This document shows positions 48,297 through 60,600 of a DNA stretch of 64,000 bases, piece after piece (position 1 is the stretch's first letter; each line of letters opens with the position of its first letter). Under the pieces are notes generated by a model that did no database searches, was not told the origin of the DNA, and saw nothing but the letters and a program-made list of their open reading frames with translations. Made by a program: the position numbers and the translations under genes. The stretch lies in the NCBI GenBank assembly GCA_040954595.2, contig CM082587.2, positions 4,948,206 through 5,012,205 of the forward strand, given 5' to 3'. The DNA is from Balanoglossus misakiensis (taxonomy: Eukaryota > Animalia > Hemichordata).

Positions 48297-51200
48297 GGTC
48301 AATCTACGCTGTCTCACTCATGCAGCACGGTTTTAAGGTTTCATGGCCCATTTATGTACCGGTTTAACTTTCATTATGAATTTATTGCTTGAAAGTTCTT
48401 GTGTGGTCATTCTCACTCTCTCTCTCTCTTTACCTTTTTTGACTTTTAAACGTGGAGGAATATTTTGACATTGAAATTATTTACGAGAGTATCGTGAAGA
48501 CGGTGATGGTGGTTACTTTACAAATTTCTGAGCGCATTTCAAGGTCTGATGACCTTACATCGACCTAATCCATAATATATCGTCTATTTCATTTCAGTTG
48601 TTGAACAGACAGCATGGCTTGAACAGAAAGAATTGTCGCCCTCTGGTGTTGAATATGATAACCCGGATTGAACATACTGCATTCAACAATGTACGATCAA
48701 GTAAGCTGAGTTCTTGTTATCGTTTTCTATCTACAAAACATGCCACGATCACTAAAGACCGCTAAAAGGGTTGCATATCGACAATTGAGTTTCACCCGAT
48801 TTTGTTAAGTGCAATTAAAAGGAGAAAAGCCAAATTATTTATTCGAAACCATGAACTTGTCCGCGAACAAATACATCTACGGAAGTTTTAACATGGAGAC
48901 TGTGTTTATGTTGAAATTTCCTAAACTATCGTTCTCAGTGATAAAGTAGTACATTTGAAATAAAAATCCTAACATAATAGAATAATATTATAACTGTTTT
49001 GAGTTGTCCAAATATCAAAGGTGGGGATACAGTTACTTTTCTGGTTACGTTTGGACTGAGCAGACAAATTCCTCGCTCTGTTGCAATGCATTGTTTGCAG
49101 AGGTCAATATCAGTATTGCTTTGCAGTCGCATTGTTTTGATATGTTTTTATGTGCGCAGAACAATAGTGCGCAGTGATATTCCTTTGTTCGCCGCGCCAT
49201 CTTGATGTCAATTAAGGTAAGCCTCCTACGCTCCCCCCAAAACGGAAATAGTCTGAAAGTGGAAGATATCTGCAGATACCAATTTGATTTCAATTGCACT
49301 GTGTTTATTTTTATTAACCGTACGAATCATGTATTGCAATGACTGTTCAGTATTGTTGTTTTCGCACCGTGTTTCTGAGTCGTCTTCGATTTTTAACGAA
49401 ATCTTTCCAAAACGGCATCAAAGTCAAAAATTTGTAAGTTGTAAATATTACTCAAGAGTTTTGCAAGAAATCTAACATGTTTAATTTATTAAACATCCGG
49501 AATTAACCCACTACACAGTGAACAAATGTGCCAGATCGTTTATTAATGGATATAGTATGTTTAAAGCTTGCAAACTCCGAGCCATAAACCATATCATATC
49601 TTAACTTAGATGGACACGTTTGTGACCGATTGGGGGCATATTTTGTCGTACATTATTTAAAAACAACGATCTGTGATTACTTATAGCATTATACAAAAGA
49701 CATATAACTTGCCATAATCGGAAATATCGCTTTAGTCACATAGCCTATACCTGTATTATTGTCTTGGGCAGAATATTCCAACTCCTGTAAACAATGGGTA
49801 GCTGTCAGTCTAAGCAATCGTGTGGGGCCGAAAAAGACGAAAACAACAATGAGCCCTTGATCGTAAGTACATTTTATATGTCATCATATCCATAGTTGCT
49901 GTTGATCGACTTCTATGATGAGCGACGTTTCTTCACAGAGTAGAATAAAATATGATATGTACATGGATCAACAGCGTTATTGTGCTGTCTATGAGTTTAA
50001 GTCCTTATATTTTTCAACACACCGTACGGTAGTTGGATTCATTGGAGACGCAACCAAACTTCGTTAAAGAATTTTCTTCATTTTACTGACTACAGGTGCA
50101 GGCTACTGAAGACGAATCGTCAATTAAATATCCAATTCAAGAACAACGAACAAATATACAATCATTGCAGTATGCAATGCAGGTCAGAAAAATAATCAGT
50201 CTCCATTAACATTGCATGTTTTGAATGTCCTTACCCACGAAAATGCATTTTAATTATAGCGTTGGTAATGTTTTGTCGATGGCTCTATTCAGTTTTATGC
50301 TAATCTCTAATTTAATTAAAGTATTTGAATTCAGTTTCCATATATAAAGGGGGGACTTTCAAGTTGGAGTATTTTACATTTCAGTTCAGCCATGTACATG
50401 TATATATAATGCACGCTTACATATCGTCTTTTATATAGGAAAGCACATTTTGTGAAAGAGACGAAGCATACAAGATGGGCCTGTTTCTAACCAGCAGAGA
50501 ACAGCATATGGATAACTGGGCGAATCCAGCTTCGCCGTGATGATTATGAAGTGGTCTAAGTGCGTGAATACAGCATACTGGTGACGCGTGCAACCTATTG
50601 TTATACATGTGTACCTGGAGAAGACGCTGGTCTCGATTCTTTTTCCGCTTGCGTGTGAAAAGATTTGCCTCTAGATGTGTTTTAGTCTTGAAAATAAGCG
50701 TTATATTCCCCCTTTCTTGGCGTGTGTGCGTCTGCTATATAATATTCTTGCGTGAAACTACAGAAGTTTAGAAGAGCATTTTATTTCACCCGTCGTGTAC
50801 TATACAAGAAATGACGTACCCTGGCCGTATGTTTGACGAAGACGACTCGGACAATAAGAACAACAACAACAACATGATGCAGCAAGCCAAACTGGATTTT
50901 ATTTCCCTACATCAGCCGACAGTGGTCAGAAATTTTGTCAATATGACAGTCTGGACATTTTGGAGGATGTAGCGTAGCAAACCTCAAATCTGGTCAGCTA
51001 TCATAAAAATTCGGTTGACATCGATAACAGCGCAGTCACATTTGAAATGTTACAAAATGAATTCTATTGCTATTAAATTATTTTCTATGTTTCAGAATTG
51101 TGTGTGTGTTGTTTCGTTCATATATACAACTTGCTAAAATGCCGAGAATTTACAAATGTAAACATGCCGCGCTGGACGGCAAAGTCGCGTGACACTCAAC

Positions 51201-51688
51201 CATATATGGCATTCACACCTGTCAATCGTGTTAACGGGGTACAATATTGTTCAGACAAACACCTTTGTTGTGATCAGCGAGGATAAAGTACAATTTCTAT
51301 TTTTAAAAACATGTCATACGCTTAATTTGGGTCAAACATCGCCGACCGCTGGCGATGTGTGTAAACACGGTACACGGAATTCTCCAAAATTGTTACCATA
51401 TTTTACAGAGACTATATAAAATACCTTCATAGACAGTTAACCGGTGTACAATTCTGACATTGACCATAACAGTAATTCATTCTACAAATATATTGTTGTT
51501 TTATACTCTGTTTAATGCTTTGGTAAATCTTGCTCCACACAGCAATGTTAGACAGTGTGAAATCTAGATCTTGGCAATTACTCAAGAAGCTCAGCATCAA
51601 AATAGTATGGCGCCTTGGAGGTTTAAGTAAGGTGATTTTAGCAGGCTACATCGATTTGCTTCATCGGTTGTTGCACCACGTCATATTA

Positions 51689-54600
51689 CTAGTCTATCGA
51701 CCCGGCAACGTGTTCTTCACCAAAGGTATATTCTAGGTATTCCTCCTCCATTTCCCTGAGTGCTTCCTGAACTTCTAAATCTGTCATAGACCTGTACAAC
51801 TTTCGTCTGGCCAGTTTCTTTGCACAAAATGAGAACGGATTGCAGCCTCGTTTTTTCTTCTTCTCCTTCTCGACAGCCGACTTCTCTTCCTCGTGCTCGT
51901 TCTCTGCGTGGCCGCGGTGGTGTTTACGCGACGGGAGAGCAAAGTGCAACGACTTGCGTCCACTTTTCGCTTTAGTCTGTGTTCTGTCGCGATCGTCTGT
52001 TCCGCTTCTATCAGATTTGATTGTGGCGTCATCTCCGGTGTCGGTGCCTTGGTCCTTGGTCACAGCTTTTGTTGAAGCAGTACCATGTATACTGTCTGAA
52101 ATGAATTGACGGTCAAATTCATTTATTATGATCCACATATGGCTATATTAAAATATCAATACTGCAATTTTTGTAACAAATAATCCCCTACCGAGATTGC
52201 CGTCCGGGCAGACTTCTGTTGTCTTCTTGATGTTACTCTCGCCTGCCATGTGTTGGCGATAGCCACTAAGCTCCAGTAGAGCACCCGATATTACATTTTG
52301 AACGACAATTTTGCTAGCGGTTACCAGAAAATACTCGCTCGGCGTGACGTCCCTGCCGACCAATGAGTTTGCGTGAAGGTTTCGTAATGCGTCGATCATC
52401 AGCGCCTTCATATGGTTACCGTCAAGTATTGCCTGGGCGACGTTCTTTTCTGAAAGACTCTGGAAAAATGGCACAGCTGTGAAGAACTCGTCGGAAGAAG
52501 CTGAAGAAAATCTTCCAGTAACAGACATTGCCGACTGGAACTCGTCTTCGTCCGCGTCTCCGCTGGTGGTGTCGGACTCGTCTATGGGAGAATGCTCATC
52601 TTGGAGTGTGCAGGTTGAGCTGTCGTCTGTCTCATGGGTTAAATGCTTTTCGCCCTTTAGTGGAAGATGTTTGTCACCGTGAGAGCCTTCGCATTCATCC
52701 GTGCCACTTTCCCTTTCCTGCTCATCCTCAACTAAGGTGTTGTCCGTGCTAATGCCACTGTCGAATGTAACCTCCATGTCGGCTTTTGAAGCGCTCTGCG
52801 ACGGACTAAGGTCTGATGGTGGTGGTGATGTTGTTGGTGTTGGAGACGTGCACGATGGCTCGCGCAACATCCCAGTGTTGGGCGCTGCAGTTACATCCTC
52901 CACACTGTCGACCAAACCGGTCTTCTCGGATTCGCGTGTGTCCACACCGACCGGACCGTTGTAGTCGACGTCCTTGGCGACTTTGTGAAACAAGGCCGGG
53001 GATAGAAACACATCTTCGGGATCGCACGTCTGGAAAAGAAGATCATTCATATCTGGCACGTGCGGAGGCGGTTTGATGGCGCTCTTCTCTTTTCCACCAC
53101 TCACTTCTTCGCCGCTGGTGATCGCAATCAATGACGTTTTGGTCTCTCGGGCTGAGGAGATGTCTGTTTTGTGGCTAGGTGTCCACGGTTTGCAGTAAGG
53201 TACTGGTTTCATTCCCAGTTCTTCGTTTGTATATTGAAGCAGCGCGCCACTGAGTAAATGTGTGATGTAGACCCGACTGTAATCCTCCATCAATGAATCG
53301 AGTTCACTGACGCCATTACTGACTCTGATCTTGGTCTCACCTGGCACGGTGTCAAACACAATTCTGTTTACCACTAGAGGTGAAGGATGAGCCGTCTTTA
53401 CGCATATGTCAGGGGTGAACGGCACAACACGGGCCTCTTCGACAGAGCTGTCTACAAAAGGCGCCGCCTCGAAAAACTCGTCCTCGGAAGTGTCTTCCAA
53501 ACACTCGTCTGGTTCAATCGATGTCAAGACAGACTTCAGGAATTCGTCTTCGGCGTCCTCTCCAAAAATAGTGTCGACGTTTGGTCGGTATCTGTGTGCG
53601 GTGTCGACTTCATCAACGACGATGCCATCATCGTCACCACTGCTGGCGCTCTCCGTGTCACCGCCATCGGTCACGAATCCGCCCAAATCGACAAAATCAT
53701 CATGGATCTCCTTGGCCTCTCTCTTGTCCAGGTCGTATTTTCTAAAGACATGCGCGTACATTTTTGGCGTGAAGATCATGTTGTCGTAGCTGTCGCTTGA
53801 TAGCAGGTCGTTCAAGTTTGGGATCACCGGTGGTGGCGTGATTGGCACCTCAGAGACACGTGGTTTGATTTCAGATCGATCAGAATAATTCAGGAAGAAT
53901 TCATTTCCGATGCCTCCAGCGACCCCGCCATCACTGAACTTGACAGTTCTTGCAATAGGCTTCTCCGATTTGACCAGTCCGTACATGTCATCATCTTCTG
54001 ACGTGGAATCGTCATTAGTCGAAGTACTCCTTGTTTCGCCATGCTCTATGACAATATCATTCTCATCAACGGTGTCTTCGAGTATATGGTGGGGATCTGG
54101 TTTACCGGTGCGGGACACCTCGTTGCTATTCTCTCGATCCTGCAAGAGGTTGCTGAACAGTTCCTGGTGTTGCTTTGTTATGTCCAAGGCATCTCCGATC
54201 AGGTTACCAATTTTGATAATATCACTGTCATCATTAGCGCCACTTCCATCACCACGTTGGGATTCCCCATCAGCATCCTCTTGATCCTGCAATACGTCAC
54301 CGAAAAGGTCCCCGTGCTTCTTCGTGATGTCCAAGGCATCGCTGATCAGGCTACCGAGTGTGCTGATATCGTCCACGCTTGTATCACTTTCACACCCCTC
54401 GTCAGTGGAGCTCGACGAAGTCTCGCCATCCTCCCTGGGCTGCAATACGCCGCCGAAGATGTCCCGGTGCTGCTTCGCGATACTCACAGCATCGCCGATC
54501 AAGTTGCCGAGCTTCAGGATATCGCCGTCCTCGCCAGCGCCGCTTTCTGGGTTTTCCTTCGAAGGCTGCACTCCGGGTTGTCTGAAAGCCTTATTGTACA

Positions 54601-56059
54601 TCTTTGGAGTCAAAATCATGTCATCGTAGTCGCCTTCAATCAGATCAGAAAGGTTTGGAGTGTGCGGCGGAGGCTGCATTGAAGGCACTGTGTCATGCTT
54701 CGCAACTGGCTCATCGGGATATGCTGCTTCTGCTGGTTTTGAGATTTCGGGATCGTCGCTCCGTGACTTGGCTGCCGCGTGCACTGCAGTGTCGGATGCG
54801 CCCTCATCGGTTTCAAATTTGACTCCAAAAGCGTCGGTTCTCTCAGCCGTGCTCGCGTCGTCAACTTTGTCAACTGTGGCAGTGGCACTCTTCTCTTTGG
54901 ATTTCCGCTTTTGCCGCATCTTCACTTCCCGCATCAGCCCAGGAGTGACCGGAATGTAGTCAGAATCGTCCGCCTGCACTTTCAGATGGTCAGTCCTCTG
55001 CGTGTAGGGCCCAGGCGATGGTGAGTCGCGATTTTGTTTCACGGTTTGAACCTCTTTGCCCCTCTCCACAAAGTCTCGAGGTTTCCCTTCCTTGCTCACC
55101 CTCTCATCATCGGTGATGACTGTGCTATAGAGCTGTGGCTTTTCCCCCTCCTCCTCCTCCTGCCCCTCCTCCTCCAGCGGACTGGCATACGCTCGGCTGT
55201 CACATTCGGGGGAGGAAAAAGTATCATCGAGGTCATCTTCGTCAAGTGCTGCCACCCCGGATATGTTTGGTTCGTACGTCGGCGGTTTGATTGGAGATGA
55301 TTCTCCGACAGGACTCTGTCTGCCTTCCCGACTGCTCATATCTGCAGGAACCGCGGACACCCTCACGAGGTTGACTCCAGAACTACTGCTGCGCTTAACT
55401 GACGTGTACACAGTAGCACACGGACCGTCTGCTTTCGTCGTCGAGATCTTCTGAATTAGGTTTGCATCGTCCTCGACCTGCGAGTCCGGGCACATTTCTT
55501 TGTCCCTGTGCTTGGCGAGAATTTCTTCCAACATGTCAAGCCCGCTTCCCGACCCGCTGTCTATGTTGTCCAAAGCCTTGACTTCACCCGGGCTGAGATG
55601 AACCACGGTTGGCGACTCCCCCTTGGCGCAAAACGTCAGCGTCGACGCTGCCTCGTCATACTTGGCGAGGAGCTCTTCCGCGCTTACCGCAGGCGACCGG
55701 GCGTCGCGTGATCTGCCCCTGGCGAGCGCGGTCAGTTTTTCCACCTCAGTCCACAACCTGCCGATTTCAAGATCTTGCTTGGTCTTCAGGCTGGACAGAG
55801 TGTCCACATCCACTTCTAAAACTCGGATTATCTTCTGCTGTGAGGTCACGATCTGCTCTAAGCTGTCGATTTCATAAACGAGATCTGAGAGCGTTTTCCT
55901 TGCGATGTAGACGTTTCCGTGGTGTTCACAAACGACGCCCTCCAGAACATGACAACCAAAGCGAGTTCCTTTCTTTTCATTTTCACCGCCACTGGTTGAT
56001 CGTCTTCCACCGGAGCGGCTGTAGAGATGAATAAAATTACTCTTAGTCTTATTTCGCAT
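51689..56059 (-). CDS. Large acidic, largely disordered orphan protein (about 1420 aa), candidate AKAP-like scaffold; join(56059..52192,52095..51689), start uncertain
   Basis: A 3.9-kb stop-free frame splices in phase 1 (CTCG|gtaggg...ttcag|ACAGT) to a terminal exon ending in GSID*. It has an N-terminal coiled coil and internal repeats. The true start may lie on an upstream exon, because there is an acceptor at about 56021. Confidence 0.8.
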
Positions 56060-56114
56060 GAAACGCCATCGGCCAATTCAATCGGACACACATTTAGCGC
56101 AAATCTTCACGTGT

Positions 56115-56148
56115 ATTGAACCATAGACCCTAGGGTCTATGATTGAAC
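56115..56148. mobile_element. P-element-like footprint: palindrome flanked by the 7-bp direct repeat ATTGAAC
   Basis: ATTGAAC (56115-56121), CATAGACCCTAGGGTCTATG (56122-56141), ATTGAAC (56142-56148). Confidence 0.72.
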
Positions 56149-57013
56149 ACTGCAACAACGATGTAAAACGTGGGTCACGACTATATAATTCACCACCTCC
56201 GTTTGTGCGTGAAAAGGGGAAAGAAAGCTGTGTGCGTGCGCAGAATCATGAAGAATGTAGTGATAGACATACCGAATTAGGTCCCGTTCGTCTCCGCTAG
56301 GAACTGTAAATTGGTAAAAAAATATATCAATTGGTTGTTAAAGTGAAAACTCAAGTTACATACGAGTGTTGTATCCATTATGATTTTTTCAATACATAAA
56401 AGTGAAATGAAATTAAACATGGTAATAATTCATGCAAACTTACCAAGGCAGTCTTCTTTTCCGTCGGGTTCGCCTCTAGATGCTAGGGACTCGCCATTTT
56501 GACTCGTGCAGTCATTAGCACGAGAAAGGCGCTCATACGGTTTAACGTTGGAGTTTGTACCAGGGTTAGTAGCTGTCGGCCGAAACAAATAAACACTAAT
56601 CTGTTAGAAATTTTAGCCCAGAAAATGAATTTATTATTGTAGATTCCGGTCAATTTTATCATGTTTAATGACACACTCCTGCATATAGACCAACATAAAC
56701 ATGCATGTCATTGGTTAAGTTTTGGCGTTTTATGAAACTTAAGATGAATGCGAAAAATAACACAAACTAGTAAAAAAATCACCTGGTGACGTTCTCCTGT
56801 CCATTGGTGACTAGGGTGTCACAAACGGGCGAGTCCGGTGGCTGGAGATACTGTATTACATCATTTACGGCCGAAAAACACAAGAAGTTAGATCTGCTCT
56901 GGCGACCGTTTGGTGGCGGTCTGGTATATAGCGAACGTGCGTTTTATACAATGGCCGCTTGTCGCGTCACTCTCACCAGCCGCCCGGGATCGCGTTGAAC
57001 GTGATGTTCGGAT

Positions 57014-57027
57014 GTCACCTTGGCAAC
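57014..57027. promoter_or_regulatory. RFX X-box upstream of the orphan acidic gene
   Basis: GTCACCTTGGCAAC fits GTNRCC-N0-3-RGYAAC. Confidence 0.5.
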
Positions 57028-57619
57028 GAAACGAATGATGCGCGTCTCTTCCGAACAAACGCCCTCGCCGTTGCAACTTGAGAGAATATACACCTTTGGA
57101 CAAAACGTTCCTGAGATTTCACCAAGTACATATTAACATACACACATACAGAAAATGCCATGGCTGCGCGACCACGTGGTATATTTACATATACATGTAC
57201 ATGTACCGTGCGACAGATCCCACAAACACGCATTGGTTTTATCGTTGTTTCTTGCTGACAAACGCGCAAATTTAACCAGACTGGAATTCTGTCGCTCGCT
57301 GCTCTCTCTCAGTGTCACAGAAGAGAGAAATTCATAGCTAACTTACGGTTTTGTCCGCGTGTGTCTGAACGGAGTCCCAATCTCTTTGCCTTCCATAAGA
57401 ACCTTTGTACCACAGGTGCGAATCCGTCTGGCAATGTATGCGCATGTTCAATCTGTACATTATTTAAATTTATTCATATATTGTGAATTAATTAGTTTTC
57501 AAACGAGATAATACACTGCCAAAACTACTCAAACACCAGTGCCACTTACATTTCTGTCACCAACCCAAACCAAGGCCGATATAAATTCAGAATTCGAAAG
57601 TGGATATGTTTGAGTGTTT

Positions 57620-60600
57620 TCAGCACCAGCCATGTGACCAGACTCCGCCGAAATTTCGAGGGTTGGCTTTATTCGCTGTCCCGGTACTCCCATCATGCAC
57701 CGGCAAGAGTTTCTTTTTGTGCTCTTCAAGACGTTCCGTCAGTTCGTTCAGTTTCGCGGGCATTTCTTCGGCTAGATTAACACGCTCCAACGGGTCATCT
57801 GTAGAAACGAATGTTTTATAGGTTTTAGTTTTAAGTCACATGCCAATTCTGAGGGACTACTCCCATTTTTTTATTGCAATACTAGTATATAGTTACTTAC
57901 TCTTTATGTTGAACAGATAAACATCGTCGGCCTTCACACGTCTGCAATATTCGTTGCCCAGTTTGCCATCGGCTTCACGTGGCGGAATGCTACAAGCTGC
58001 AAATAACGTTTTAGGCATAAATTAAAAGCTGCGTTTGGGCACAATTCACCAAATGTCAAAAAAAAAAACTTATTTAAATGCGCTTTGAAATATAGGGACA
58101 CAAGCGATGATTTGTGTATCTCACCTGCGTCGCCGTATGCACCAACCAGTAGCTTGAAATTGCCGATCCTACACGAATGAAAGGGAGATGACACACACAG
58201 GGTAAACAAAGGAAAAACGAGCATTAGATGATAGAGTGGCGTTAGAGGTTGATAACTGTGATGAAAATGCTAACATTTCCCTTCATCTTAAAATAAGCAC
58301 GCTACTACAAACGGTGCGGACATACTCCATCCCCCAGCCGTCTATCTGGACTATTGGTTTACCTTATCGCAGCATTATTATTTAATTCAACGATGTTATA
58401 GACAAGTTCCTTTCTTGGAGATGGTTCGTTGCGAGACAAGGCCTCCCAAACATCTATACCATCCATTTCTGGATCTAGGAAAAATGATAAATACGTATGG
58501 TTGTCAATAAGATAAAAGGTATATTCTTATAAAACTTTAAAAAAAAAACCAGCAAATTAATGTATCTATGTATGTACCTGTATACAGAAATACATATATT
58601 GAGAAATTTACCGTTTAACATTCCACCGGCAACGGTCACAAGCGTTGGATACCAGTCAACGACATGTATCATTCTGTGATTATAAGAAGATGAATACACA
58701 CAGTAACGCAAACAGTAACATTTTATGTACAATGAAGTGACAGCCTGGTTAAATTTGTAAAGTACGTTTAAATAATAACACATGTTAGAGAGGGCAATAT
58801 CATGATCTTTAGCCTGCTCGAGGAATGGTGATCTCTGACCATAATATTGATGATGCCCGAGCCGCAGGTACAGTCGTCTTAAAAAATCCCAGAGAGACAA
58901 GGTATACGCCGCGCGCTCGCGTATCCATGGAATCATTAGAGAGGTTTAGTTACACGTAAATACGTTCGATCAGTACGCGTAGCGTCATTGTCACGTGATA
59001 AGCAGAGGTCGCGTACGCGTAGAACAGACGTTCGGAACGGCAAGCGACGCTTCTACGCGTAATCATGATTACGTGTAACATTTTTTCGGAATTTCTCGAT
59101 ATTCTCTCTTTAATTTGAGCGATTGATCTCTGCAGTGCAATTGTGATGTAGCCAGCATCCATGTTATCTAAAAAAATCTGCCATATGTGTTAAAACCGGC
59201 GCTATTTGGTGTTTTCAAAACATAAACACAAAAATGTATTCCCAAACTACGTTTTCAGTGGACGCCTCGACAAAGACATCGAAAAACTTCACTAAACTAT
59301 CTTTCCACTGCAGTCAAGAAACTTATTGCAAGGGTGGTGATCTTAGAGAATATTCATCACTCACAAAATTTATTGAAGTGATAAATATTTGAATTTTCTA
59401 TTGTTTTTAAATATTTTTGTTATTCAAAACGGACAACTAAACCGCAAAATTCACGCGTCGCTACGCATACGCGAACGCCACTGCCTGCCGTCAGACGTAC
59501 GCGTATTTACGTGTAACTAAACCTCTCTATTATAAGATGAAAGTAAAACCTGTCGTTGATGTATCCTGTGTTTGTCAGATGTTTGCCATGGACCAATCCA
59601 ACCGTCCTGGTACCTCCTTCGAAAAGGGTGCCTTTAGTTCCAAGTAGTGGCCAATTGCTTCCTTCGAATGCTTCGTTTTGCGGCGCGCCATTCTATAAGT
59701 AGAGATATTGGTATGTGTGCTCATGGTAAGCACATTCAGGGAGTGTGTCGTGTGTACCAGAATACAGATTTCTCTGAAACCTCTACTTGGGGTCACCACA
59801 ACTGATCATTAAAGTAACGTTATCGCATCGTGTCGATAATCCTCTCAGGCAAACGTGTGCATGTCAGAAGATTATATGCCCCGTATAATTTATACGAATA
59901 AATTTGTAATCCTTATGCAAACTAAAACCACACCACCTGAAACCACACTGGGCGACAACTTTGATTTACTGAAGCCAGATTAGCATGATCATATCTTATT
60001 GTATTATAGCATATTACTGTAAATGTTATAAACTTACGTCTGACAAAAATACAAATAATGTATTATCCCACAATCCATTTGTTTTCAGAGCCTTGACAAC
60101 TTTACCGATACCATCGTCCAAAGCTGTGACCATAGCTACGAAATAAATAAATACAGTTGTGCCAGGAATAAAACCCGCATGTAACGATACTTGTAAAATC
60201 ATGATACATTCTCTTTATCATTATACGATATACGATAATATCTTTGTCTGAATATCTCTCAATATTATGGTCTATTTGGTATACTAATTCACGACTTTTC
60301 CTTACCCAGTAGCATTCTCCGATTTTCATTCTTGACGAACGGGTACATGTCGTAATACTTCTGCGGGACCTACATGTATGTCAAGAATGGTATTCATGTC
60401 TATAGGTATATGAAGTTGACTCCGTGTGCACACGCTGTCACCCTCACTATACACAATGCAAATGAAACGCAATTCAGAATGCATTATGTGCACTGCAGCC
60501 GAGTGCAGGTGTTAGGTAGCCAGGTTACGTCACGACCTGGATTTCTACACGTAAGGTTGATGTGACTGCTGAACTCGCATGACATACCTGTAAGGGGCTG

